From the human T2T-CHM13v2.0 reference genome, Homo sapiens, in the NCBI RefSeq assembly GCF_009914755.1, contig NC_060926.1: a stretch of DNA of 64,000 nucleotides. The stretch is one strand, 5' to 3'. How positions within the stretch are numbered: the stretch's first letter is position 1; each line of letters opens with the position of its first letter. Below the pieces are notes generated by a model that made no database searches, had not been told where the DNA came from, and saw only the letters and a program-made list of their open reading frames with translations. The position numbers and the translations under genes were made by a program. This document shows positions 16,306 to 31,991 of this stretch, piece after piece.

Positions 16306-17434
16306 ACTTAAACAAAACACTAATATTTAAAAAGTATCTGCACAGTATTTGGATTTTTTTTTCTGTCTCATGTTTTCTGCAAGATCCAGAAAACTCCTGC
16401 TGAAACAGAACAACATTTGTGTTGTCATGGATAAATTTTAAAAAGCATCTTGTTGAGTGGAAAGCAATTCACAAAGGAATGTATATGGCACAGTTCCATT
16501 TATATTGTTTTAAAACAGACAAAACTAAATTATACATTGTTTAAAATTATACAAAGAGGGATAACAGCTTAAAAAAAGAATGATTATCACAAAATTCAAA
16601 ACAATAATTAGCTCATGGGTGGGAGAGAAGGAAATAAATGATTAGAGAAGGCATAGAGAGAATTCCAAGGGCATGGCAAGATCATATATTTCATATTTTG
16701 GGGCCTAGATGGTAGGTTTTCTACCTCTCTCCTTCCTTCTTCCCTTCTCCTCCTTTCTCTACCCCCTCCTCTCTCGTCCTCCCTCTTGCGCTCTGTCTCT
16801 CTCTTTCTTCCCTGCCTACTGCAGATAATCATTTGAATTTCTACTTTGTGCCAGTCTCTGTTCAAAGAGCTTGGGATACATCAGCAATGGAAACAAACAT
16901 CTTTATTTTAATGAACCTTATTTTTAAGAGGGTGAAGTAGATAATAAAAATGAAGCATAATAGGTCAACAATCTCTCCCTGCTCTAGGACTAGGGAGATG
17001 TTTTTGCGATATCTGTGAAATAGAGCTTAAGGGTTAATACGATGATGAGCAAACATCTGGAATTCTCTTCAAAGCCCTGATGCTTAATTAATATTCCAAA
17101 GCTCTAAACATCATATGACCTGCTTATTTTAATCTCAATGCAATTGTAATAAAGAAACTTTCATCTTCAGCGTATAAGACTAGAAGTGGTAGGTACTGGA
17201 AAATTAAAATGGCAATATCTGATACTCAGTGACTTTAAAATTGATCACTATGTTAGTAGATGCATTTTAATAGCTTATCATTGTTTCATTTTTATGCAAT
17301 ATTTCATGTATATAAATGAATTATAGATACATATATAAAGCACATGTTAGACATAATCATAATCATAATGATAAAATGAACTTTTGTGTGTCTAGTGCCC
17401 AATCTAGGAAGTAAAATTCTACTTATTTCTAATA

Positions 17435-18990
17435 ATATGAAATTTTAGGTTGAAAAATTCTTATCTTTAAGAATGTTGAATATTGAATATTGTATATTGC
17501 CCTCACTCTCTTCTAGCTTGTAGGGTTTCTGCTGAGAGATCTGCTGTTAGTCTGATGAGCTTCCCTTTGTAGGTGACCTGACCTTTTTCTCTGGCTGCCC
17601 TTAAACATTTTTTCCTTTGTTTCAACCTTGGAGAATCTGAAAATTACGTGTCCTGGTGTTGATCTTCTCATGGAGTATCTTAGTGGTGTTCTATGTATTT
17701 CCTGAATTTGAATGTTGGCCTGTCTTGCTAGGTTGGGGAAGTTCTCCTGGATAATATCCTGAAGTGTGTTTTCCAACTTGATTCCATTCTCCCAGTCTCT
17801 TTCAGGTACTCCAATCAATCGTAGCTTCAGTATCTTCACATAGTCCCACATTTCTCGGAGGTTTTGTTCATTCCTTTTCATTATTTTTTCTCTAATCTTG
17901 TCTGCATGCCTTATTTCAGCAAGATGGTCTTCAAATTCTGATATCCTTTCTTCTGCTTGATTTATTCAGCTATTGATACTTGTGTATGCTTCATGAAGTT
18001 CTTGTGCTGTGTTTTTCATCTCCATCAGGTCATTTATGTTCCTCTCTAAACTGGTTATTCTAGTTAGCAGCTCCTGTAACCTTTTATCAATGTTCTTAGC
18101 TTCTTTGCATTGGGTTAGAACATGCTCCTTTAGCTCAGCAGAGTTTGTTATTACCCACCTTCTGAAGCCTACTTCTGTCAATTAATCCATCTCATTCTCT
18201 GTCCAGTCCTGTGTCCTTGCTGGAGAAGTGTTACAATCATTTGGAGGAGAAGAGGCATTCTGGCTTTTGGAATTTTCAGCGTTTTTGCACTGTTTCTTCC
18301 TCATCTTCATGGATTTATCTACCTTTGATCTTTGAAGCTGATGACCTTTGGATGAGGTTTTGTAGGAGGTCTTTTTTGTTGATGCTTTTGTTGTTGTTGC
18401 TTTCTGTTTGTTACTTTTTCTTCTAACAGTTAGACCCATCTTCTGCAGGTCTGCTGCAGTTTGATGGGGGTCCACTCCAGACCCTGTCACCTAGGTTTCA
18501 CCAATGGAGTTTGCAGAACATCAAAGATTGCTGTCTGCTCCTTCCTCTGGAAGCTTCAGCTCTCCTGTATGAGGTGTCTATTGATCCCTGTTGGGAGGTC
18601 TCTCCCAGTCAAGAGGCGCAAAGTCAGGAACCTGCTTGAGGAGGCAGTCTGTCCCTTAGCAGAACTGGTGCACTCTGCTGGGAGAGTCCCCCTTGTTAGG
18701 GTCAGCTGCTCTCTTCAGAGCCAGCAGACAGGAAAGATTAAATCCGCTGAACCTGCGACTGCAGCTGCCTCTCCCTTCAGGTGCTCTGTCCCAGGGAGTT
18801 GAGAGTCCTGTCTGTAAGCCCCTGACTGGAGCTGCTGGATTTCCTGCAGAGATGCCCTGCCCAGTGAGGAGGAATCTAGAGAAGCAGTCTGGACACAGCC
18901 GCTTTGCTGTGTTGTGGTGAATTTTGCTTAGTCCAAACCTCTCAGTCTCCTTCACACTGTCAAGGGAAAACCGCCTACTAAAGCCCAGCA
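17435..18990 (-). mobile_element. Internal L1PA (about PA8-age) fragment: part of 5'UTR plus most of ORF1, no ORF2 or poly(A)
   Basis: ORFs 17513..17881, 17966..18181 and 18182..18490 translate to frameshifted ORF1p (EMWDYVK...LENTLQDIIQENFPNLARQ). Flanked by old L1ME-like sequence. Confidence 0.9.
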
Positions 18991-19329
18991 GTTTGCTTAT
19001 TTTGTGCAACACTGTGTCCTTCATTCCTGTGGTGATTAGTTAAATTTTAACAGTTTTATACTGTTCCATAATATGTACATACTACAGTATATAAATCAAT
19101 TTTACTGTTTTTTACACTTTATTTTGCAGTCATGAACAATGCTGCTGTGAATATTTTAGACATGTCTTTGATGCATATGCACAAAAGTCTCTCTGGGGTA
19201 AAAATACAGAAGCAAAATTGTCGAGAAGTATGGCACATGCATCTTTAAATTTCCTACAGAATGCCAAATTGTTCCATGAAATGATTATATAATTTTACCT
19301 ATATACAAATAATGTGTAAGAAAACCAAA

Positions 19330-19990
19330 AAGCCTGGCATCATTTTTGATTCTTCTCTTCACTTTGTTTCCTACATCTAATCTGGTAACAAATCCTATCA
19401 GTTCAGCTTTCAAAATATCTGTATATCCAGAATCCAATCTCTTTTTGCTTACCCTCCTTCTACTCACACATACTGCCACAATCTTTACATATCCAGAAAT
19501 TATAGACCCTCTCAACCATTACTACTTGGTCTAAGCTCCCATGTGTCTCCTGGGTTATGAACAACAGCCTTCCTTCTGATCTCCTTGTTTCTATTTTTAC
19601 TACCCAAACAAAAGCACATTTTCCATTCTGTAGCAGAGTAATCCTTTTGAAACCTCAGTTCAGATCAATCAACATTTTTTCTCAAAACTCTACATTTGGT
19701 TTCCTGTCTTTCTCGGGCCAAAACCAAAGGTCAGGCACCACATTCCCCACTCATCACATTGCCTACATTATTCCCACTTGTCCAATTTCTTCCTGCTTCA
19801 CTGCCCTTCTTGTTGTTTCTGGCATGTCAGGCAAGCTTGGCCTCCTAGATAATGTGGTAGCCAATCCGTTTTAAAAATTTGTTACCACCCACCCTCCCAG
19901 ACCTCTCCATCATTCTCTTTCTAACCTCCATTGTGTATTTATTTAAATTATTTCTTCCTCAGTGAAGGCTTTCCTTACCAGTTTACTATA
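19330..19990. mobile_element. L2 fragment
   Basis: Degenerate L2 motifs (aaatcctatcagttcagctttcaaaatatct; aacagccttccttctgatctcc). Confidence 0.55.
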
Positions 19991-20269
19991 TAGAAATTAT
20001 CCCCAATTTCCATAGTAATTAGATTTTCTTAATCTGGTAATGTCTTTATTTTTCTTTATTTCTGAATAGTTTTGCTGGATTTAGAATTCAGCATTAGGGA
20101 CACCCCTAGTTTCTATATAGTAGCCCTATAACCCTTATTTCTAGAACACATGGCAGAAACATAAATAATATAGTAATAACAGCTAACTCATATAGCGCTT
20201 AGTACTCTAGACACTTCTAAGCAAATTATATTAATAAACTCATTTAATTCTCTTAAAACCTATGGTGAA

Positions 20270-21095
20270 GAGGAATACTTCCTGCTATAGTGATGTAAAG
20301 AAGTCGAGTTTTTTCTCTTCATGAAAAAGCAAGTGTAAAACTGGACAGCATTAATAAAAACAACTATTCAATGACTCTGGAAATCAACCAAAGGGACATA
20401 ATAATTTGAGAAACATTTATTCTTAAAAAATTGTTGGACATTCAGGTAAAAACAGCAGGAACCTGTGACCTTCTTGCCTGAAGTTACTCCCACTCCTCCA
20501 TCTTCCTCTCCAACTCTGACCTGGGAATGGAAGCAAAAGCCAACTTTCCTGTTGGATGTGGTAGAATCAACTTGGAATGGGAAGGCAGCAAATAATTCTG
20601 GTTACTTGAATATAAAATGGTGAATCCACTTAGACTAGATGAGGAGAGCCCCAAGCTTTGTCAGCCTAGGGTTGGGGTCCAAGTTGGGGTAAAGGGTAAA
20701 CCAGCAGGATTTAACAGAAAAACCCTAGAAATTAGAGAGCCATAGAAAGGCCATTTATAGTCAGTTTTAAAATTGATTTCAAAAAATTCAAGACAAGTTT
20801 TTAAATATGTTTTTAAAATTAAAGAAAATAATCTTGAAGAATTAAAGGAAAATATGCTAACAATGAATGAAAATATAAAATATCAACAGAGAAATAGACA
20901 TTATAAAAAAGAACCAAATGGAAATAATAAAATTGAAAAAAGTAGCTGAGATAAAAAGTTAATTCAGTGAAATCAACAGCAGGATTGAGGTGGCAGAGAA
21001 AGAAACAGTAAACTTGAAGATAAATCATTAGAAAGCAGCCAATCAAAAATGAATGAAGAAGGAAGGAAGGAACAAAAGAAGGAAGGAAAGGAAGA

Positions 21096-21136
<41 letters not shown>

Positions 21137-21780
21137 ACAATTAAAGAAATTGACAGAGATCCAGAGCATCCAGGACAATTTCCAGAATCCTAAGTTATGC
21201 ATAACACAATCCTCAGAAGGAGAGAACAGAGAGAAAGAGGCAGAAGAAAAATATTGAACAAAATGACAGAAAGCTTTCTAAATTTGAAGCAAATTATTAA
21301 TTTGTGGATTTAAGAAGCTAGTAAACACTAAGTAGAATACTGAAAAAAAAAAGACCTAGATATATCATCATCAAATTGCTGAAAGTCAAAATAAAGTCTA
21401 GAAAACAGAAAGAAAAAGATAATACTCAGTACATACAAGGAAGCAACAATACAATTTATTTTTGGCCAACACTATCAGAAACTATGGAAGCCAGAGGCAA
21501 TAGAATTACACATTAAAAGTGCTAAAATAAAAAAAAATCATTCAACAATTCTAAATCAAGTAAAATTATTCATAAATAAAAGTAAGATACAGACATTCCC
21601 AGATAAAGAAAATCTAATTGTTTGTCAGTATAACTGTGTTATAAGAAAACACTTGAGAAAGTACTCCAGTGTGAAGAGAAATGATACCAAATAGTAGCTC
21701 TGACACACAAGAAGAAATGAAGAATATCATAAGGGTAAATATGTGAGAACATACAAAAGATTGCATATACGAATGTGTGT
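20270..21780 (+). mobile_element. Ancient L1M 5'/ORF1 region with an embedded (GGAA)n(GAAA)n repeat at about 21055-21137
   Basis: A-rich ORF1-like degenerate sequence (atcagaaactatggaagccagaggcaatagaat; cagacattcccagataaagaaaatct). Confidence 0.65.
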
Positions 21781-22971
21781 GTCTGCCATCTGTCAAGTTC
21801 TGCAGGAATTAATGTGCTATTTTTGGCTCTCTGGTCTATTCCCAAGGCCCATCTTATTATCTCTATATCACAGCCACACTAAATTTATTACTTCAGTATA
21901 AGAGTAAATTTTGATATATGGCAAGTGCTCCCGCTTTATTATCCTTCAGGAGTGTCTTGAGTATTCTTAGGTATTTGCAATACCATATAGATTTTAGGAT
22001 CAATTTCTTAAATTCCATGAAAAATGTATTGGAATTTTCACTGGAAACATGTTATATTTATGGTTGACATTTGGGATAATTGAAAACGTTTCAATATTGT
22101 GTCTTTCTGACTATAAATATGATTTAACACTCTATTTTGATCTTATATTATCCATTTTAAGAAAAGTAAGTTTATTCCTGAGTATATTAAAGCTGCAAAA
22201 AACACAAGGAAAAAATTTCTGGCTGAAAAAATAACTACAAAGACCCTGGAGTATTTTAAGAAACTTCCAAGAGGCCATTGTGCAGGGAGTGTAGTGTATA
22301 AGGGAGACAGAGCTGTGGGAATGAGTGTGAGAAGAGGCAGGGGCCAGATCTGGATATGAAAGCTAATTCCTGCACGAAAGATAATAACTGTTTGAATACT
22401 AACTCACAAACCTACTAAATGGACTAATTAATTTGAAGCAGCTAATATGTCAGAAATAACTGTAGCTACCTTCCCATGCGATTGCTGTGGTGGTTGATTA
22501 CTAATGATTTCCCCAATTCCTGTCTAAATTCTGAGTCAAAAAAGCAACTTAGTGAAACAGAAAAAAAACACACCCAAGTCTCTGACATGAAGTGATAACA
22601 CACTTAATGCAACACAAAAGCCACTTACCAAGTAAAATCCAGGCTGGAAAGCACCTCTACGAAAGCACAGGAGTTTATATGGTACCACAAAGTTTTGTCA
22701 CCATTTCATTATCTCATCTTTCAGTATCCAGTTTGCCACCACCCACTGACACACAGATCTGCAGCCCATGTGGCACAAACAAACCAGAACCTCTTTTTAT
22801 CTAATAAATGAGCCAACTTTCTCATGAATGATCAAAGAGTAGCCAAATTCCCAATACCATCAAGGGCTTACATATTCTATAGAAGAAGAAATCTAGAAGA
22901 AGTAATCCAAACTCTTAGAGGAGAAGTGAAGACAGAGAGAGATGGCAGTAAGGCCTCATAAACAACACTAC

Positions 22972-23159
22972 CTTGTGCAGCTAACTCTTTCCACCTCTCT
23001 TTGTTCTGCTGAATGATGTCCACCAGGTTGTTCTTGAAACTCTTCAGGTCCACTGCTGCAAGGGAGTAGTCTGGGGAATAGGACCCATCACTCATGGAGC
23101 CTTTTGTATTTGATCGTCTTAGTGCATCAGCAATGTGTAACCCCACAATGGTGGTTGAG
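22972..23159 (-). CDS. PDE1A: PDE1A coding exon (188 nt), STTIVGLHIADAL...KERWKELAAQ
   Basis: ctgttag| acceptor, CAAG|gtagtg donor, phases 2/1 fit the neighbours. Confidence 0.96.
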
Positions 23160-23547
23160 CTAACAGTAACAACCAAAGAAACCAAAAAACACCATCAGGA
23201 TATGGGGTGAACAAGGAAAACCTGAAAAACTTTACAAAACCGACTAGAAAAGCAGGATAGTAGATGCTCAGTCCCAGTTCTGAGCACGTGGCAGCTGCTC
23301 ATCTCCTTTCTCTCCGTCCCCACACTGGATTCTCCTTAGTACACACCTTACTTAGTATTTCATATTTTGTGTATTAAACTTCAGTTGTCAAAGGCAGATG
23401 CAATATAATATAAAGCCACTAGGTGGCAATACTCCCTAATAATTCTTGTGAGAATTCTCTGCCTAGATGTGAGAAATATAATCATTAAGGAAAGTGTTAC
23501 TAAACACCACAAAGATGAAAAATAATGCAAAAAAGAAAATATCATAC

Positions 23548-23668
23548 CTGCTTGCCACATAGGAAGAAGTTTCGGCTTTTGAGGCTTCCTCTATAAGAGG
23601 AATAACAATTTTCTCTGTTGAGTCTGTCAGAAGAGAAAATGTTGGCTCTACTATGAAATCGATGAAAC
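23548..23668 (-). CDS. PDE1A: PDE1A coding exon (121 nt), GFIDFIVEPTFSLL...SSYVAS
   Basis: ttttgtag| acceptor, CAG|gtatga donor, conserved PDE GFIDFIV motif. Confidence 0.97.
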
Positions 23669-24782
23669 CTACAAAAGCCAAAATGAGAAGAGAGAGAGAT
23701 AAATTCAAGTGTTACAATTTCCTGAATTCTGAAATCAGAAATAATGAAGAGCTTCTGACAATCCTGGGATAGCGAGAATCAACTAAAATATTGGTTCTGC
23801 TCACCCTTTGTATTGTTTTAATCTAATAACAGTCTTTAGAGATGGTTTAACTGCTCTATAAAATAATACTTGAAGCCATGGAAGTGACACAATTTAAGCT
23901 TGCTAACTCAAGTATATTGGCTTTTCTATTTACTATTCAGCCTTATATAATATACGATTGCTAACAATACATTTAGATCCAATGAGAGTGACTATAGTTT
24001 CCTCTCTCAACACCAGGGATCATTATCTTTTTTGAAAGCACATCATGTGCATTTTGGATTTTATTCTTTACTAACAAGAAATCATATCTAAGCTCCAAAG
24101 AAATTAAATAATTGAAGGTTTTTCTCAGGTAACAGGAAGACAATTACTTTTTGTTTCTTACTATATCAGTCAGAGCTTTCTGCCAGTGTGTTAATATTTC
24201 AAATTGTTGTTTATTATTCTCTGGATGTAAAGTGTTAGTTCACAGCATGTGTGTGTGTTCTGTCAAATCAGTGAAGAGAAAAGTAACATCTCTGGGAGAC
24301 AGCATTAATCCCACCACTTTGAGATGTCAGTACTGAATGAAGACTTTTACATTTAAAGTACTCATCAAGATAGAAAATGACACACAGAGAAAAGGGCATT
24401 GTCCTCTGGGAGCATTTTCCATCCCATGTTTAGGCAGAGGAGGAGACAACAACCTATTCTAAGGTCTGTGTACATGGCAATATCCCAGATCCCAGGACTG
24501 CTGTGGGTGCCTCAAGTCAAGAATTGTTGTTGGAAACACTTCTGAGAGCAATGGACTACCACCTGAATATAGGAGAATAGCTGGAGGGAGGCTTTTTAAG
24601 TGATAATGTCCTGTAAATATGCACATTTAAAGATTGTCCATCAGATGCTTGGATAAAAGTAATTCACATTTCAAGTAACTGGATTACTTATAGTATATAA
24701 TAAGGCACATTTTTAATTTAATAAAACTTCAGTAGTTTTAATGGATGCCTTCAAGTTAAATCAGTGTTAATTGACCACCTAG

Positions 24783-25121
<339 letters not shown>

Positions 25122-26057
25122 AGTTCTATGTTCTTAAATGCCTGAGATGTGTAGACTGTCAACTGGGGCATCACCTCTACTAACATGGCAGCAATTTGCA
25201 TTACAGCAACAAGCCTCAGAAACTTCCATTCTTAGCTTGCCACATCAGGTCCTTAGCCTGCCACGTTTACACTTACTAAGCAAGGATAGGCACCTGTGTT
25301 ATGGTCTCTAGAAAAACAGCTGTTGAAACTTGGATGGGAAGGGGAAAAGGTCAGAGCAGGCAGCTTTCCCCAACGCTTTGTGATGGGTGGTGCTGGAGCA
25401 TAACTACACAGCTAAGAAGTGATCCTTGTGTTTATTGATCATATTGTTCAGTAACAAAAATGCTGGCTTAGGGAATAATTATTACAAGTATTTGAGCCAT
25501 GCAACACATGTTTTAATAATGGACTGGACTTGAAGTCCCCAACACAAATACAGATGATAAGAATGAATGTGGTTGGGAGCATTATCATTTTGCAAATTTC
25601 CTGTTGTTGGTTAATCTATTCACATCATGACAGAATATTTTTCCAAATGAAATGTGCACTACTATATTAAGCATACCATGGAAACTTAGTGATAGAACAA
25701 GTGCACTAACATTTTCATTGAGTTGACCTATATATCTAAAGAATTAAATTACAGAAAACAATAATCAGCAACAAAACAACATAAAATGGTCTCCCACACA
25801 AGAAAATTTTATATTTTGTAAAAGGATTACAACCACGATAACAATTACATTTACTAATGTTGCTTTATTGAATTCATTTTGTGAAAATGCTTCAATAAGT
25901 CTTATTCAGCACCACATAGATCCATTTAAAAATCAAATATATCATGAATATGGAGTGAGGTTTTCATGCAAGTTACCCCTTTGAACAACATCGTTTACCC
26001 ATTTGAAAACTGACAAGCACACACTCACTTTCCACCACCACAAATCATCAGAATTAC

Positions 26058-26139
26058 CTATTTGTGACTGGGCCACCATGGTTGACTTCCGATCACAAAG
26101 TGGGGAAAATGGAAGCCCTAATTCAGCTTCTTTATCTCC
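26058..26139 (-). CDS. PDE1A: PDE1A coding exon (82 nt), GDKEAELGLPFSPLCDRKSTMVAQSQI
   Basis: tctccag| acceptor, ATAG|gtaatt donor. Contains the invariant purine-binding Gln region (SQIG). Confidence 0.97.
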
Positions 26140-27749
26140 CTGGAGAAAGAAAAGCACATTAATATAGACTTGGGTTGGAGAAGCTAAAATAATGAGCAAC
26201 CTAAGATATAAAGCCTAGAAAAGCCACATCTTTCATTTCTTAATTAGCAATACTTTTTTCTTATTTATAAAACCAAAAGCTATGGTCCAAGTTTATATAA
26301 TTTTTCTTGGATGGTCTCCATTTGGGGACATTTTGCAGGGAGAAAAATGAGGAATGTTTTCAGTACCTGGAGACTTTGCTTTGGCATTACAATCCCTTGA
26401 CTTTTAAGAAACAAACATTTGCTTTTGGAATTTTCCAAAGTCACCATAAAATAACTAGCCATCTTATGTGTTATCTGACATTTAATTAACAATCCAAGTT
26501 AATTTATTTATGCCAAGTATATCAACAGACCTTTACTATCAAAATTTTGTGACGGAACTGTTTTTCAAAATTAAAAGTATATGATGTGAAACACCTTTCT
26601 ATCCATTAACCAAGTTTTATTAAATCTTCCACAACATATAATGAGGAATTTCTTCAACATTCTTACATTCAGTGTGCATAAACTTAATGTTTTCTTCTCA
26701 GAGAAAATTGAAATATCAATTTTTTTATTATTTGATCTCATCTAAAATAGATTAATTGAGCACATATGTTAAAGAATTCCATTTATATTGGGGTTTTACT
26801 TCATGAGAAGTAATTAAATTTTCATCTTCTAAAACAAAGGTTGCTGTTCTGGTCAAACCTCTAATATCACAAGGTTTATTAAACTTTGGTCCTTTCCTTT
26901 GCATTAAAGGGGATGTGCTTATGAAAGAAAGAGGAGAGGATACTTCCTTGTTCTTGTTCATTTCAATTTCCTGGCCATTTGAAAGAACATTTTAGGTTCT
27001 ATTTTCTCCTAATTTATTGGCTGTATACCTTCATGAGCAACACCAGCCTTGCATCATTAAGTCCATAACTTAGGATAAAATACGTAAGGACTCCACGGTT
27101 TCCTTTCACTCTGTTTCCATTAACATCTTTCTATGCTAATCTTTACAACATCATGTCAACATGTAGCTTTACAACTGTTTGAGAATATCTTCTAGAGCAG
27201 TTCCCCTAAACCATGCCTTTGATTATGAGAGTTATAGACAGAAAGTCTAGAATCAGAATTGTTGAGGAAAATCTAGATATGGCCATCAAAGAAGTAGGAA
27301 AATAGTTACAAACAGGAACATTTCACTATGTCATAACTCAGAGAAAACAAGGAATAAGAATTTCTGTGACCTCTGCCAGTAACTCCCCTAATTCCTCTGG
27401 ATAATAATAACACTATTTCCATTTGAAATTGTGATTTATACTCAGCTTAAAGGACAGATGGAAGGGAATTATTAATGCCACTAGTCTTAGAGTCAGAAGA
27501 TACAGTCAGCTGAATCGCTGCTGTCTAGGGGTTATTGCTGTTACTTCAGACACAGCACAGCCTTTGCTGAAATGAATTCTCCTTATCTGTTACCTAATTT
27601 TGTGATCTTGATTTACTTGTTTTAGGGATAAAATATAATAGATGTAATAGTATCTATCCTGAAGTTATCTAAGATTATTTATATGAAGCATAAAGACAGT
27701 GCCTGACACTTAGTAGTCATTAAGTTTAGCTAATAAGAAACATAATTTA

Positions 27750-28058
<309 letters not shown>

Positions 28059-28597
28059 TTAGAATAGCAACAACATGAATGCAATATGTACAAATTAAAG
28101 GTATTTATGATGTCTAATGCATACATTGAATAGTTTTAAAACACAGGAAATTGAAGTAGTGCTTAATTTAGCATGTAATAGAGAGGGATCATCTTTTTCT
28201 CCCTCTTTTTTCCTAGCAAGGAATTGACAAGAAAGGATTTCCACTTTTGAAAGATTAGTTTGTCTGCAGTATGAGAGATGACTTGGGGTGAGTTGAGGAT
28301 GACTCCTTGGCTTCCAGTGCGAATGGAAAGGAGGAGTCTGTTGATGCCACTAATGGAAACCAGATGATCTGGGTGGGGGAAAGATTTGAATACTATTATT
28401 GATTTGGTTTCTAACATGTTGAGGATAAGGTGCAAGAATAATGTCATCAATCATTTATGTTAAAATATAAATACTAATATTACTATTGATGAAATAAAAT
28501 AGAAATAAAGCTACCGATAGGCTTTTGGGAACCTGATATTAGAGATGCTTATTTAACATATGCTGATACAACTGCGTTTTATTCTTTTGTGTATTTG

Positions 28598-28729
28598 TTA
28601 GGTTGGTGCAAAAGTAATTGTGGTTTTTGCAATTAAAATTGTCAGTAGTCTTAGAATCAGAAGATACAGTCAGCTGTATCTTTTGCAATTAAAATTGCAA
28701 AAACCACAATTATTTTTGCACCACCCTAA
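28598..28729. mobile_element. MADE1 (Hsmar1-derived MITE) carrying an internal insertion
   Basis: Terminal inverted repeats ttaggttggtgcaaaagtaattg...caattatttttgcaccaccctaa. 132 bp long instead of about 80 bp. Confidence 0.93.
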
Positions 28730-28893
28730 ATATTATAAGATTGTATCTATTAAATGCTGCTAAGCTATATTTAACTTTTTTTTTTTTTTGTCAAGATGCT
28801 GCTATCTGGTATTTAAGGACACAAATGTAATAGATGTATTTTTATACTCTGTGGTACAAGCTCTTTGGCCCCAAAATGATAACTTTGGCCTGA

Positions 28894-29229
<336 letters not shown>

Positions 29230-29983
29230 ACTTTCTTGAGCTAAATTTTATAGAATGTTGAATGGCAACATATTTCCTATAGGGCTTAGGCATTTGACAG
29301 ATATATGCAGGGATGACCTTCCTACAGATGGAGCAAGAGATTTTATATTCTATTTGCTTCCTGTACCTCACAATTAATTTAGAATATTAAATTTTCACTG
29401 TCAAAGCACATTGAATGCTAAAGTACATTAATTATTTAATTTATTTATAAATATTTCAAAGTATTATTTACTCTTTAGGGTGAATAAAGGCCATGAGTGC
29501 AAGATTAGTAGGGGGCCCTGTAGGTAAACTATGAAGGAACTAGAACTTTGTATAAAGAGAATGTTAGAATCTCTGAGTATAGATTTGGCCACCTTTATAA
29601 TTTCCTCATTCTGTCCCAGGATAAGGAATATTTATTTTCCATCAAGGTAAAAGCAGAGGTCATCGCAATAAGCATTGTGAAAGAAGAATTTATATTTTTC
29701 TTAGAGGTTTCGCTGTCATTTGAGGATGCTGCCTTCAGGGGGCCAAAATACACTTTTAAAAATGAGGAGTAAGTAGAAAAACTAGTCCCATCGAAATGGA
29801 AACTCAAGGCAGCCTGAGGTTCTCAGGCCCCACAGCTTATACGTGTCTTTACAATTCCCTGGAGATCCTTCAGGTTTCTTCTCTGAAAGTCTGTAAGAGA
29901 ACTAGTAATTGTTTTTAAATGCCTTCCTACCATTGTAAAGTGCTCTGACAGCCATTAATAAGGTATGAAATCCATTGACCTAA

Positions 29984-30358
<375 letters not shown>

Positions 30359-31951
30359 AGTTTTGTTTTGTTTTGTTTTAATGAAGAAGATAAGACAGGG
30401 TAAAGTATAGAAATCTTGAGAAAACTCTTCATTGAAACTTCAATTTTGGAGAAAGAAGCAACGTCGATAACAAATATGCAGGAATCCCCTGACCACAGGG
30501 ACAGGGGCTTAGGAGACACTCCTCCTAAGGACAGCCTTTGGAGACATTCTAAGGCTGAGGGTGAAATCTGAGAGACCACTGGTTCTATAGAGAATTTGAT
30601 TGGGAGAGGAGAGGAGCATGCACTAATCTAGCCTTATTTGGAAAATTTAAGGAATTTAGGCCCTCTAATGACCCTTCTTTACTTCTACAAATGGGCCCTT
30701 CTAAATTCGAAGAACGCCACGAAAAACATTTAAGCATTTAATAATTACAGCAACTAATACATTCACTTTCAGTAAAATATTGGTCTGATATAACTATATT
30801 TCTGTGAATGTTATAAATATTTTATGGAATATTAGAACCCCTGGTGTAATCGGTGTTTATAGTACTTTTATGGCTCTTGAAACTAAAAGCTTTACTTTTT
30901 TACATTTAAAGTTATCTTGGCTCATAGCTACAGTTCTTTTCATTTCTGCAATTTTAGGGGTTATGTTTATGATTTTTTTGAAAAGCCAGATCCTTGGCTG
31001 AGAATGGACTAAGTACATTTGTATTACTATGGACAATGAAATTTATTTTGAAATAACACACTTTATACTACTTCTAGCAACATTTAAAAATAGAGAGGCC
31101 TGACTGTATACAATTCAAGGTAAAGTAAACATTTTGACCTTTCCTTCCAAATAACTTGCATTTCTAATTATTTTTTTCTTCTTGGCTAACAAGGTAATAA
31201 TGATTAATAAATGCAGATTTTGTTCAAATATAGATTTTTTTCATGTGTCACAAAACAGCTAGTTGAAGAAGGGAAAAATCCACGTAGTTATTGTTATTTA
31301 GTTTAAAATACAAACACATTTTGATGGAAGTGACTATTTTTGTAAAAAAATTAACTGCATTGACTTCTTATCTTGCCAACCTGACATGTGTGTTCAAGAG
31401 GAGAATAAAAAGCAAAAACCTGTCTTCTTTTACCAATGATTACTTTTTTGGCTGATATTGATCTCTCTCTCCTATCAGTCATAGTTAAAATAAAGCAGCA
31501 TCCTCCAAATCTACCCATTACTGTCAGTAGGTGTGTTGATCTGCATGAAAACTCGAGGAGACATTAATTGTATTAATAAATATCACAGGCTTGTTGCGAA
31601 AATGCCTTGGAAATGAGAACTCGCTCTACTGCCTTTTACCATTAGCAGCTTATTCAAGAGTCAGAAATCAGCGTTTCTCAAGACTGCAAATTCTGGATAC
31701 AATTCTGATCTCTGGCTAGTTTCTCATGGCTTTAGAGGGTGAAACTAAAGTAGTAGCACTAAAGAATGGGATAACGTTGATGGGATTTTTAAGAATAATA
31801 CAAATAGCTTGTCTTCCAGAAATATACAGCATTTAAAAAATTCTTAGTGTCTGAGTCCATTTGTTAAATAAAATGAGTTCGGTAGACAAACTAATAAGAA
31901 AATGATTTAGAAGTTAACACATCACAAAATTTCTCTGCATTTTTCTGAAAT

Positions 31952-31954
<3 letters not shown>

Positions 31955-31989
<35 letters not shown>
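31955..31989. repeat. (CA)n microsatellite
   Basis: Direct run of about 17 CA units. Confidence 0.97.
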
Positions 31990-31991
<2 letters not shown>

